From the NCBI GenBank assembly GCA_903839725.1, contig CAIMDG010000002.1:1078-65077 (forward strand): DNA of 64,000 nt, read 5' to 3'. The position numbers and the translations under genes are program-made. Position 1 is the stretch's first letter. Each line of letters starts with the position of its first letter. The notes under the pieces are model-generated. The model did not search any database. It was not told the DNA's origin and was given only the letters and a program-made list of their open reading frames with translations. Origin of the DNA: an uncultured bacterium (GTDB taxonomy: Bacteria; Patescibacteriota; Minisyncoccia; Phycocordibacterales; PALSA-1337). Positions 9,661 through 19,335 of this stretch are shown here, in pieces.

Positions 9661-12606
9661 CTAGATATTTCGCATACCACACCATTCACATTTTTCATCA
9701 GAACATCTTCCTTCAAGAATCTTTCCACTCCACACACTTTTGATAAGTAATTGTATTTCACTTTGCACGCGAGTAATATCAGCAGTTTCAATATCGATTG
9801 CCACTATTGGACAACGACCCTTATCATCCGGTGATACGAATACCAAGGCAGGCAGAACATTCCTGCCTCTCCAGCGAATATCACCACCAACCAGCATCTT
9901 ATAGAAAATCAACTGACGAAAATAACTACCGTCATCTGATTTGGTGAGACCCTTGATCGCATTCACTGACATGGCTTGCTTTGTCTTGTAGTCAAACACA
10001 CGAGCCTCCGTACCAGTATCTACGAGTGCATCAAGTTTGCCGTGAATAGGAATACGGACTGATTGACCTTCATGTGTTCCTAGAAATTCGTGCTCAACCC
10101 AGGATTCCGTGAACACTGTTCCTTGTGTAGCAAAATGTGATTCCAGCTCTTTTGCAACATCTGACACTGTTTCGAGTAATTCTTTTTGTGCAGATTTCTT
10201 TTCAGAAATAGGCAAGAATGATTTCGCAAAAAATTCAGTAATTGTTGCACTCAATATTGTTTCAATTTCCTTCACAGTTCGAGACTCTGATTTCCAAACA
10301 CGCGATATACCTTCATGCATTGCCGTTCCCTTTTCCGCAGAAACTGAAGGAGCCTGTGGCAATTTCAATATACTGTTATATATAAAACGATTTGGACATT
10401 CCATAAAGTGACTGAGTGCAGTCACTGACAATCCTTTTTCTGTAAGTACGTGTTTGATAACATTGTGTAATGCTACATCCTCACTTTTTTTATACGAATC
10501 AGCAGAAGCAAGAGTATTATCGTGAATTTTATACACTTCTTCAATGCCAATTCGTGGAATAGTACTGCGAACAATATGCTCAACGGCCAATTCATCGATG
10601 AAGCGTAGTGGTGTGAGTATTTTTCCATCAGATTCTTCGAGAGCAGTGATGACAGTCACCTGTTTTCGCGCGCGAGTGAGGGCTACATAGAACAAACGTC
10701 TCACATCTCGAATATCACTGTCGGTTGTTTGTTTCTTTGGTAATACAAATGATGATCCTCGAGGTCTACCGACCCATGATTCTTCGGTAGCATATGGAAT
10801 AAAGACATAATCAAACTCAAGACCTTTACTTCCATGTGCAGTCATTGCTTTGATTGGTACATCAGGTGCACCAACAGTAACTTTCACGATTCTTGATTCT
10901 GCAGACGTTCGATATGCGAGCATAGCTTTGATGAGTTCAAGCGGATCATGAATATCACTTTCACGCACGACTGATTCCGCAAGAGAAATGATGCCACGCC
11001 ACACATATACATATGCAGGATCTTTTGAGATAAGAGAAATGAAACCAGATTCTTGTGCGGCATGAATAAGAAAACCAACCGCACTGTCATTCAAAATCTT
11101 TCTACGAATATGGAGAAGTTGTGGAAGCAATCGTTCAACAGTATCTTGACCACTTTTCAATGCTTTTACCAATTCGAGGCTTTTTTCAAATGGTAATCCC
11201 CACATACCAGAAACTACTGTCTTTGCCAATGCGTCAGCACGTGATGGATCAGCAATGTATTCGATCAAATCAAAAAATGTTCGACCGACGGGATGACTAA
11301 ACATATCAATACTTCGTTCAGATGAGACAGGAATAGCGTGCGACTCAAGTAAGCGGATTACACGATCGAGATCACGATTTCTACGTACAATAACCGCCAC
11401 ACTTGCATGAGGTTCATTCTTGGAAAGTGTCTGTAATTCACGCACAAGTTGAAGTTCACTTGCTGAAACATTTTCACCGGTCACAATACTGACTGCCTTT
11501 GCTGATCCATTATTTTCTTTTGCTCGACCTCCTTTCAAGCGAATACGCAAATCCTGATGTTCACCTTCTTCATAGTTATGTTCTATCATCGCAAAACTTG
11601 CTTCGAGAATACCTGTATGTGAACGATAGTTAGTATCGAGTGATATGAGTTTCATCATCGGCCAATGCTTTTGTAGTTTCAAGAAATTCTCAACAGACGC
11701 TCCTTGGAATCGGTAAATAGCCTGTTTCTCATCTCCGACAATAAAAATGTTTGGCGTTTCAAAGAATTCAGCAATAAGTCCAATAATAAAATTCTGAGCA
11801 TCGTTGGTATCTTGATGTTCATCAACGTGTATGTACAGATATTGTTCTTGAATGAGTCGGAGCAACAATTCATCATTACGTAATGCAAATAATAATTCGA
11901 AAATAAGATCATTGAAATCCATCTTATTTGCTTCACGTTTCTTGGTCTCATAGAGTTCATATACTTCTGCAAAAAGTTTTGTTCGTTCACATTTTTCAAT
12001 AGCATCTTTGGCATCAGCTTTGAGTTGACCTTTGGTTGCACCACGACTTGAAATAGAACTTTCATCATTCTTGATACGAGTAATTTCGTTGATAGCATGT
12101 TCACGTACCATATCAGGTGTCAGTGCTTCGCGTTTTGCATCATCAATACTTCGCATGATGCCCATAATATAGGCATCAGGCTTTCCTGCAGGACGAACAT
12201 CTGAGAAGTGTGGGTCAGAAATAATCGCACGGACCAATGATTCTTGCTCAATATCAGTCATCAGCTTCATATCACTCATCTGCACAAAATGATCGGGGTG
12301 TTGGTTGATGACCATCTGAGCAAAACCGTGAAATGTAAAAATACCCACATCGTGTGCACGCTCACCAATTACATTTTGTAATTTATGACGCATCGCTTTG
12401 ACTCCTGCGTCAGTGTACGTAATAGCGAGAATACCGTTTGCAGGAGTGTCAGTACGTTTCAAAATATTTGCAATACGAAGTGTGAGTATTGTGGTTTTAC
12501 CTGTGCCTGGACCAGCAATGACCATCACTGGACCTTCGATAGTATCCACTGCTTCCTTTTGTGCTTTATTTAGACGTGTATATTGCTCGGTGAATAGGTC
12601 GGTCAT
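9661..12606 (-). CDS. UvrD/PcrA-family helicase fused to C-terminal PD-(D/E)XK nuclease
   Basis: IAGPGTGKT, VDEHQDTN, VGDEKQAIYRFQGA, TAHGSKGLEF, RRLFYVALTRA; C-terminal GKLD..FDYKT..QL..Y and Cys cluster. Confidence 0.9.
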   Translation of the reverse strand: MTDLFTEQYTRLNKAQKEAVDTIEGPVMVIAGPGTGKTTILTLRIANILKRTDTPANGILAITYTDAGVKAMRHKLQNVIGERAHDVGIFTFHGFAQMVINQHPDHFVQMSDMKLMTDIEQESLVRAIISDPHFSDVRPAGKPDAYIMGIMRSIDDAKREALTPDMVREHAINEITRIKNDESSISSRGATKGQLKADAKDAIEKCERTKLFAEVYELYETKKREANKMDFNDLIFELLFALRNDELLLRLIQEQYLYIHVDEHQDTNDAQNFIIGLIAEFFETPNIFIVGDEKQAIYRFQGASVENFLKLQKHWPMMKLISLDTNYRSHTGILEASFAMIEHNYEEGEHQDLRIRLKGGRAKENNGSAKAVSIVTGENVSASELQLVRELQTLSKNEPHASVAVIVRRNRDLDRVIRLLESHAIPVSSERSIDMFSHPVGRTFFDLIEYIADPSRADALAKTVVSGMWGLPFEKSLELVKALKSGQDTVERLLPQLLHIRRKILNDSAVGFLIHAAQESGFISLISKDPAYVYVWRGIISLAESVVRESDIHDPLELIKAMLAYRTSAESRIVKVTVGAPDVPIKAMTAHGSKGLEFDYVFIPYATEESWVGRPRGSSFVLPKKQTTDSDIRDVRRLFYVALTRARKQVTVITALEESDGKILTPLRFIDELAVEHIVRSTIPRIGIEEVYKIHDNTLASADSYKKSEDVALHNVIKHVLTEKGLSVTALSHFMECPNRFIYNSILKLPQAPSVSAEKGTAMHEGISRVWKSESRTVKEIETILSATITEFFAKSFLPISEKKSAQKELLETVSDVAKELESHFATQGTVFTESWVEHEFLGTHEGQSVRIPIHGKLDALVDTGTEARVFDYKTKQAMSVNAIKGLTKSDDGSYFRQLIFYKMLVGGDIRWRGRNVLPALVFVSPDDKGRCPIVAIDIETADITRVQSEIQLLIKSVWSGKILEGRCSDEKCEWCGMRNI

Positions 12607-12657
12607 GAAAGTATTATAGCAGGTATTCTAGAGCCGTATTAAGCTCTTCCCGAGAGA

Positions 12658-12685
12658 TTGACTTTATATAGAAAAGTGATATAAT
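12658..12685 (+). promoter_or_regulatory. Sigma70-type promoter
   Basis: TTGACT-N16-TATAAT with extended TG. Confidence 0.65.
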
Positions 12686-12723
12686 ACTGTCATCGGTTAG
12701 TTGAACATTCCCAATTACATATT

Positions 12724-13032
12724 ATGTGCACCAAAAAAAATGGCTTCCAAGCCCCGAAGTGGCTCTCCTTCACTGGTCAAGAGAGCATCGCGAGTGAACT
12801 CGATCGCCTCCAACTGTTCGTTGAAGAAAAGGTGATCGAAGTTCAGATCGTTCAAAGTGACGAGCGGATCATCGTCGGCGTGTTGCAAAGATCAACGCAC
12901 CCTGGACGCGTTCGTATCCAGTCAAACTGCCATGGACTGGTCATGGTCCTCTACACGCAAATTGTGGACCTGATCCACGACCTCACCCCGGACCGCACCT
13001 CGAGCTTGTCTCGGGAAGGTTCGAATTCTTGA
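12724..13032 (+). CDS. Hypothetical protein (stand-alone ORFan)
   Basis: 102-aa ORF with own promoter and downstream GC-rich hairpin (13053-13089). Confidence 0.6.
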   Translation: MCTKKNGFQAPKWLSFTGQESIASELDRLQLFVEEKVIEVQIVQSDERIIVGVLQRSTHPGRVRIQSNCHGLVMVLYTQIVDLIHDLTPDRTSSLSREGSNS

Positions 13033-13125
13033 TGGCTCACACCATCAAACAAACCGCCAGTCTCGCAAGAGGCCGGCGGTGTTTTATTTACCCAACTGTC
13101 CTACATGCGTAGGTAGGTTTCCCTT

Positions 13126-14337
13126 TTAATAATTCTTCAATCTATTTATATTGTCATGCTGACGAATCTTTTCGTGAGCCTTCGCTTCAATCTGACGAAT
13201 ACGTTCACGAGTAACACCGAACTCTTTACCTACTTCTTCAAGTGTATGAGTGATGCCATCATTCAAGCCATGGCGCATCTCGAGAATCTTACGTTCCTTT
13301 TCAGAAAGGTCATTCAAAATGAGATTGACTTGATCACGGAGAATACGACGTGATGATTCTTGTTCTGGTGAAAGTATCTTGTCATCAGCAATGAAATCAC
13401 CGAGTGTAGACTTGCCATCATCATCGTCACCAACAGGATTTTCGAGTGAAAGAACGTCTTGTTCGATCTTTTCGATCTGATAGATCTTGTCGACATCCAT
13501 ACCCATCTCTGTTGCAATCTCGTCAGGAAGAGGTTCACGACCGAGGTCATTGGTCAAACGACGAACGACTTGTTTGTACTTTGCGATTGTTTCCACCATG
13601 TGCACAGGCACACGGATCGTACGTGATTGGTCAGCGAGGGCACGAGTGATGGCCTGACGAATCCACCAGGTAGCGTATGTTGAAAATTTAAATCCTTTTG
13701 TCCAATCGAACTTATCGACGGCGCGAAAGAGACCGAGGTTACCTTCTTGAATGAGGTCGAGCAAGGTAAGATCGGGACTGCGACCAACATATTTCTTGGC
13801 AATAGAAACAACGAGACGAAGGTTTGCTTTTGCAAGAAGATTTTTTGCTTCCATATCTCCTGCAAGAATACGCTTGGCAAGATCTTTTTCTTGACCAGCA
13901 TTGATGAGTGGATATTGACCGATCTCTTTCAAGTACATCTGAATAGAGTCATACGCAGAATCAGATCCACGAGATGAGTGGCTCGGTTTCTTTGGAGTTA
14001 AATCTTCTACTTCGAGCAAGCCTCCACCTTCGAGCACGTCAACATTGGCAGTAGTAAGTTTGGTATACAATTCATCGAGGAAAATAATATCATTTTCAAT
14101 TTGTGGAAATTCCTTCAGAATCTCGTCATAGGTAACGAAACCACGATCACGACCCTTGGTGATAAGCTTATTTGCTTTGGTTTCAAACTCACTCGCTTTA
14201 TTAGCTTTCGACTGCTTTCCTGCCTTAATAGGCTTCTTTCCTGCTTTCACAGGTGCCTTTTTAACTGGCTTGGCCTTTTTCACAGGACGGCGGACTGCTT
14301 TACGAACCTTATTGGTCGCTTTTTTGTTTTTACTCAT
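13126..14337 (-). CDS. rpoD: Primary RNA polymerase sigma factor (sigma70)
   Basis: Region 1.1 [16 protein letters not shown]; [13 protein letters not shown]; [16 protein letters not shown]; [16 protein letters not shown]. Confidence 0.96.
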   Translation of the reverse strand: MSKNKKATNKVRKAVRRPVKKAKPVKKAPVKAGKKPIKAGKQSKANKASEFETKANKLITKGRDRGFVTYDEILKEFPQIENDIIFLDELYTKLTTANVDVLEGGGLLEVEDLTPKKPSHSSRGSDSAYDSIQMYLKEIGQYPLINAGQEKDLAKRILAGDMEAKNLLAKANLRLVVSIAKKYVGRSPDLTLLDLIQEGNLGLFRAVDKFDWTKGFKFSTYATWWIRQAITRALADQSRTIRVPVHMVETIAKYKQVVRRLTNDLGREPLPDEIATEMGMDVDKIYQIEKIEQDVLSLENPVGDDDDGKSTLGDFIADDKILSPEQESSRRILRDQVNLILNDLSEKERKILEMRHGLNDGITHTLEEVGKEFGVTRERIRQIEAKAHEKIRQHDNINRLKNY

Positions 14338-14400
14338 AAGGAGTGATTAGGGTTAAACGTAAGGGTTATTGTAAAGTATTTACGGAAAGGACGCAAGTTT

Positions 14401-16218
14401 TTATCTCTTCTTCCCTATTTCAGCCTTTTTAATAGATAATATCTGACATTTCTTGGCTAACTCAGAGACTCGAGCAGTATCACCAGCTTTTTCAGCTATT
14501 TTCAATTCTTGCATAGAATCAATAAGTTCTTGATTGACGAGATCTGTTTCAAAGTTGGTGATGAGTTCTGTCATGTGGATATTCCAACGATCTGTATCTG
14601 ATCCAAACATGGCATCAGCCTCGAATAGTATGTCACTTGAAATACTATCTATACGAGCACATCTATCTGCATATGATCCGTCACATATTTTTTGTATACG
14701 AGCACGATAGTCGGCTGCAATTGGTATTTGCTCTTTCTCCATTAACATCAAAAGACCGAACATGCGTCTTTCAACGAGGTCGATTCGGGAAGGGACAGCG
14801 ACACCGTCTCCTCTCGGCGACAGTGCATCTCTCTTCGTTCTCCCGTCGGTCGAAGTCGAGAGATCACTCTCGCCTGCGGAGACGGCTGACGTAGTACTTC
14901 CCGAATTTGAGACCCGCTCCTGTTTTATTTTTTCTTCGACAGCGCGAAGATCTTGCCAGATGGAGTCTTTGCCGATATTTGCTTTGTCGGCAATGAGTTG
15001 GACGAAATGATCTTTATCCATCTGACTATCTATTCTCGCCAAGAATGGAAAGACACGGTCGCGCAATGCCCGAGCGATTTTACGGTGATCTGGAGTGTCG
15101 TTGATAACATTACTCAATTCAAATTCAATAATAGGTTTTGCGGTACGAAGTGCAGTTTTCCAATCTTCAGGATTATTAAGGACGAGATCGGCAGGATCTT
15201 TGCCACCAACAAGGTCAGCAATCTTCACGTCCATACCCATAGAGAGGGCTATACCCGCTGCGCGTAATGCAGCCTTTCTTCCTGCAGTATCTGAATCAAA
15301 AGCGATAATAATATTTGGTGACAGACGACGAACGAGACCGAGATTACTGACGGCCCCTGTCTCACTGAATGCTTCATCAGTTAGAGCAGTTCCTGAAGAT
15401 GCTACAGTATTCTTGATACCTGCTTGATGTGACATAACCAAGTCCATCTGCCCTTCTACGAATATAGAATATCCGAGTCGACGAATATCACTCTTTGCCT
15501 TATCGAGTCCATAGAGCACTTGAGATTTGTCGTACAAAGGAGTATCAGGACTATTCAAGTACTTTGCTGACTTACCATCATCTTTAAGAATACGGCCAGA
15601 AAATGCGACGACACGGCCACTGGAATCATTGATTGGGAATACAACACGTCCTCGGAAACGATCATAGAATTTTCCATCTTCAGTCTTTTTTCCTAGACCA
15701 GCTTTTTCAATTAACATATCTGAATATTTCTTGGCACGTAAATGATCAATCAAATGTTGCCATCCTTCAGGAGCCCAACCAATACGAAATTCTGCACGAG
15801 TCTCATCTTTGATACCGCGACGCTTCACATAGTCCGTTGCTTCTGTATTTTTGGAAAATTGCCCTTCAAAGTATTGAGTAGCGTCTTCCATGATTTGGAA
15901 CAATCGCTCACGCTCCCCATCTGCCTTCTGATCAAAGACGAGTTTGACGCCAGCCTTCTCTGCGAGAATCTTGAGCGCACCACGAAAGTCGAGACCTTCG
16001 AATTGTTCGACGAATGAGAAAATATCACCCTTTGCTCCGCAGCCAAAACAATAGTATCCTCCACGATCTGGTGATACGAAAAATGATGGCGATTTCTCGT
16101 TATGAAATGGGCATCTCGCCTTGAATGACTTACCGGCCTTTTCAAGCTTCACATATGAGCCAATAAGCTCATCTATAGAAATGCGCTCTTTGATCTGTTC
16201 AACTGCGGTGCGGTTCAT
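14401..16218 (-). CDS. dnaG: DNA primase
   Basis: Zn finger CPFHNEKSPSF..CFGC; YDRFRGR; KYLNSP; Toprim VEGQMD, FDSDTAG, KDPAD; start set at MNRTA. Confidence 0.96.
   Translation of the reverse strand: MNRTAVEQIKERISIDELIGSYVKLEKAGKSFKARCPFHNEKSPSFFVSPDRGGYYCFGCGAKGDIFSFVEQFEGLDFRGALKILAEKAGVKLVFDQKADGERERLFQIMEDATQYFEGQFSKNTEATDYVKRRGIKDETRAEFRIGWAPEGWQHLIDHLRAKKYSDMLIEKAGLGKKTEDGKFYDRFRGRVVFPINDSSGRVVAFSGRILKDDGKSAKYLNSPDTPLYDKSQVLYGLDKAKSDIRRLGYSIFVEGQMDLVMSHQAGIKNTVASSGTALTDEAFSETGAVSNLGLVRRLSPNIIIAFDSDTAGRKAALRAAGIALSMGMDVKIADLVGGKDPADLVLNNPEDWKTALRTAKPIIEFELSNVINDTPDHRKIARALRDRVFPFLARIDSQMDKDHFVQLIADKANIGKDSIWQDLRAVEEKIKQERVSNSGSTTSAVSAGESDLSTSTDGRTKRDALSPRGDGVAVPSRIDLVERRMFGLLMLMEKEQIPIAADYRARIQKICDGSYADRCARIDSISSDILFEADAMFGSDTDRWNIHMTELITNFETDLVNQELIDSMQELKIAEKAGDTARVSELAKKCQILSIKKAEIGKKR
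14783..14906. repeat. GC-rich imperfect palindrome embedded in frame in dnaG
   Basis: Nested complementary blocks ATTCGGGAAG/CTTCCCGAAT, CCGTCTCC/GGAGACGG, GGCGA/TCGCC, ATCTCTC/GAGAGAT. Confidence 0.8.
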
Positions 16219-16270
16219 AGGTGCATTATAGAGGGAAATGCAGGATATCGCCAACTATATCTGTTGTGTA

Positions 16271-17125
16271 CTATTTAACAGCGATCGTGTGAGTCGGGAG
16301 ACCTTCGGCGTAAAGTTTTTGAACTTCAGAAGCAGTTAAGGTACTTCTGTATATCCTGAAAGTATCGAGATTGCCAACTATAGAACCATAGTAGTTGGGC
16401 CAAGAACAAGCTACAGCTATAGCTGTTATATTATTTACAGTACTCGAGATATCAATTATGGTTGGTCCAGATATTGCTACACCATCAACATATAAAGTAT
16501 TAGCTTTTGTTGTGTTGTTATAGTCCCATGTAATGTTATGCCATGTATTGATATCAGAACATGCAGGAGTTGGAATATCAAAGATTGTATTACTACTGAT
16601 TTTACCCAAGAACCTACCACCTAAACACGACAGATAACTAAAACTATTAACGCTGTTGAAGTTTACAGCAAACTCTTGAGGAGAGGGCCCAGAAACTGCT
16701 TGATTATTAATCCAGTAAGTAATTGTAAAACCATTTTGCGCCGTGCCCATAAGTGAGTCCTGTGGAAAAGATGCAAGAGTATAAGCATATGCTGTCGCAG
16801 TTGATTTTAAGGAAGAACCGTGACCATTGGGGGTATTTGTAGTATCAATTGAAATACTCGAGCCAGAAAAAGTCAAATTATAATTATTACCAGAGCTATC
16901 TAATCCGGGGTTCGAAGCACTATCAAACTGATAATCTACAAATTCATCTACACCTAATTTGTGGTGATTATGATCAGCAAAATTCAACCCTGCAGCAACT
17001 CGTGCTTTGGATTTTGCAGTACTTAATGCCGCCAAAACAACACTACTCAACAACCCAATAATAGAAATAACCACCAGAAGCTCAATGAGAGTAAATCCTT
17101 TTCTTTTTAAATGCAAAAGACCCAT
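16271..17125 (-). CDS. Type IV pilin-like protein with LamG/concanavalin-like domain
   Basis: KGFTLIELLVVISIIG; DSSGNN; WHNI..LYVDG..GNLDTFRIY..LTASEVQKLY. Confidence 0.8.
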   Translation of the reverse strand: MGLLHLKRKGFTLIELLVVISIIGLLSSVVLAALSTAKSKARVAAGLNFADHNHHKLGVDEFVDYQFDSASNPGLDSSGNNYNLTFSGSSISIDTTNTPNGHGSSLKSTATAYAYTLASFPQDSLMGTAQNGFTITYWINNQAVSGPSPQEFAVNFNSVNSFSYLSCLGGRFLGKISSNTIFDIPTPACSDINTWHNITWDYNNTTKANTLYVDGVAISGPTIIDISSTVNNITAIAVACSWPNYYGSIVGNLDTFRIYRSTLTASEVQKLYAEGLPTHTIAVK

Positions 17126-17149
17126 AGTTAAATTATATCACAATTGAAA

Positions 17150-17794
17150 CTATGGACTTGTTACACAATAGTAATAAAAAGGAGGGCCAAAACTAAAAAT
17201 ACTATCAGAATTATACCTATCAGTGACTGATCCATCAGGTGCTATCTCAGTAACATGCGGTAGACTAAGAGTCGCTGAAGGGCTACCAACATATAACACA
17301 TACAATTTTGAAAATGTTGATACCCCACCGCATCCATATGTATTATTGGCATTCCACCAGGTTCCAAGTCTGTTAAAGAGATCTGTCTCGTATTCAAAAT
17401 AATACTTTGTATTATTTGGATAACCAGGATAATCAACTATTTGAGAAATGAATTTATTTGTTACCAAGGGATTAAGTCCATTCCGAAAAGCAGGGCCCTG
17501 TCCATTAAGTGCGGAAATAGACAAATCATTTATATCAACACCATCTGGGTTTGCTACAGTTTTTTGTAAAGGATACTGTCCAAATTGACTGTAATACAAC
17601 TCCAACGCATTTTGTAATTGTTTGAAAGATGCAATAATCTGAGCATCTTGAGCTCGCTGTCGAGAAACAGAAAGAGAAGCAAAGACAATACTTGTAAGAA
17701 ATCCAACAATAGCAATCACCACCAATAGTTCAATGAGGGTAAATCCCTTGACACCTTCTTTGGATTTATTTTTAAACCTAGAAAAATATTTCAT
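17150..17794 (-). CDS. Type IV pilin / GspG-like pseudopilin
   Basis: KGFTLIELLVVIAIVG; ALELYY..GQYP. Confidence 0.85.
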   Translation of the reverse strand: MKYFSRFKNKSKEGVKGFTLIELLVVIAIVGFLTSIVFASLSVSRQRAQDAQIIASFKQLQNALELYYSQFGQYPLQKTVANPDGVDINDLSISALNGQGPAFRNGLNPLVTNKFISQIVDYPGYPNNTKYYFEYETDLFNRLGTWWNANNTYGCGGVSTFSKLYVLYVGSPSATLSLPHVTEIAPDGSVTDRYNSDSIFSFGPPFYYYCVTSP

Positions 17795-17807
17795 ATATGT
17801 AATTATT

Positions 17808-18092
17808 CTATTGGGAAGATGGTGGTACTTTTAGGAAAAAACCCTTTTGGCTATTTGATTGTTCATTTGGACTTGTAATAGTCATACGATATATAAAAAT
17901 ACTAGCAATGATCAAAACAACCACTATTCCCAGCAATATAAAATTTGCCATCTGTTCTGACTTTACCCCCCTTCTCATCAACCACAAAACCATTGCAGGT
18001 GGTTGGCTACTTCTTTTAAAACTGCCGTAGAAAACACTTCCTCCTCTGCGTGGAGCATCCTGATTATCGCCATCAAAGATAACTTCTGACAT
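17808..18092 (-). CDS. Small single-TM membrane protein upstream of pilin pair
   Basis: YGSFKRSSQPPAMVLWLMRRGVK plus TM helix; paralog of 6202-6405. Confidence 0.7.
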   Translation of the reverse strand: MSEVIFDGDNQDAPRRGGSVFYGSFKRSSQPPAMVLWLMRRGVKSEQMANFILLGIVVVLIIASIFIYRMTITSPNEQSNSQKGFFLKVPPSSQ

Positions 18093-18128
18093 ATAGACAA
18101 TAATACCAAGACTGGTTTGTATTAGCTA

Positions 18129-18620
18129 TCATTTCAACAAGGTCAATACCTCTTTCCATCCACGAACTACGGACACTTTTGGCAAGAAAACCTTGAATTC
18201 ATCTACTTCTTTCTGATCTGGTTGGAATAAGAATAAATGTGGTGTTGATTCAATCATATAACTCAATACTTCGAGACGATCATCAATAAAATGAGTAATT
18301 CCCAATTTCTGACATACTGCATCTTTCTCATTTCGTTCACGAACAAAATAAACGTTCTTCGTATCTATACCAGTCTTCTCAAAAAAATGATTATCTTCAA
18401 ACCATTTCATAATTTTTATTTCGGCCCATTCAGTACATTTTGATATGAGATACACTTCCCCTTTGAAAGAATGGTTAAGTTCATTCAAGGCTTCATAAAC
18501 GCCTTCACTTGCAGGAATAGTTGAATATCGCTCTTCATGAAGCGTTGTATCATGCGGATCAGAAAGACGGTGATTGATAATAACATTGCCAATATCAACA
18601 CCGAGTGCTTGTTTTTTCAT
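18129..18620 (-). CDS. HAD-like hypothetical protein
   Basis: GVDIGNVI near the N-terminus and HFIDDR motif IV-like. Confidence 0.55.
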   Translation of the reverse strand: MKKQALGVDIGNVIINHRLSDPHDTTLHEERYSTIPASEGVYEALNELNHSFKGEVYLISKCTEWAEIKIMKWFEDNHFFEKTGIDTKNVYFVRERNEKDAVCQKLGITHFIDDRLEVLSYMIESTPHLFLFQPDQKEVDEFKVFLPKVSVVRGWKEVLTLLK

Positions 18621-18640
18621 AGGGATAATCTTAGCACATA

Positions 18641-18665
18641 AAAAAAGCCCCTGAGCGGGGCTTCT
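18641..18665 (-). terminator. Intrinsic terminator (near-copy of 19293-19313)
   Basis: AAAAAAGCCCC-TGAGC-GGGGCTT. Confidence 0.7.
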
Positions 18666-18673
18666 CTTACTAT

Positions 18674-19186
18674 TTATACTACTGGTGGAGGTGTTACTGG
18701 TGCCGAAGATTCTGCATATATATACGTCGACTTTCCAAACGCTAACATTGGATAGAAGATAAATGGTAATACTATAAGCCCGACAGTGAATCCAACATCC
18801 TTACCAAATGCTTTTGCAAATTCATAGGTAACCATAATACTAGTAATCATGTTCACAAATGGAATAAAGATACCAAAAACCCACCACGTTGGTTTACGTG
18901 CAATTTCCAGCATTACAATAAGATTATAAATGGGAATGATTGCAGCCCAACCCGGCTTGCCTGCTTTCTTGAAAACTTTCCACATAGAAGCAACCATGAT
19001 AACAGCAACTACAAGACCAAGTATCGAAAAAATAGCAAAAATACCCAAAAATGCTGGACCCAAATTATCTAACCACTCAGGACATTGGACTACTTGTCCA
19101 TTTACCTTACAAGTTGCTGCAGCACTCGCCAATGGAGAAAAAGCTGAGTATGTATTTGCTACTAAGTATGAGGCTATATCGTTCAT
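18674..19186 (-). CDS. Membrane protein, DUF5684-like
   Basis: WKVFKKAGKPGWAAIIPIYN..AKAFGK..GFTVGL..LAFG. Confidence 0.75.
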   Translation of the reverse strand: MNDIASYLVANTYSAFSPLASAAATCKVNGQVVQCPEWLDNLGPAFLGIFAIFSILGLVVAVIMVASMWKVFKKAGKPGWAAIIPIYNLIVMLEIARKPTWWVFGIFIPFVNMITSIMVTYEFAKAFGKDVGFTVGLIVLPFIFYPMLAFGKSTYIYAESSAPVTPPPVV

Positions 19187-19292
19187 ATAAAATATAATAC
19201 TAATTACCAAACAACATTATTAACAGTATAATTATACAACAGACCTATCTTACTGTCTCAATAAATGCGCATCAATTCCCCCTCAGTATGAC

Positions 19293-19322
19293 AAAAAAGC
19301 CCCTGTACGGGGCCTTTTTGTT
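19293..19322 (-). terminator. Terminator after rpoC
   Basis: AAAAAAGCCCC-TGTAC-GGGGCCTTTTT. Confidence 0.75.
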
Positions 19323-19335
19323 TCTTATAAAATTA

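Noticed and set aside
9661-12606. Helicase-nuclease fusion as a novel defence system
   Set aside because: UvrD plus PD-(D/E)XK fusions (AddA/AdnAB-like) are known repair proteins, and the neighbours are housekeeping genes.
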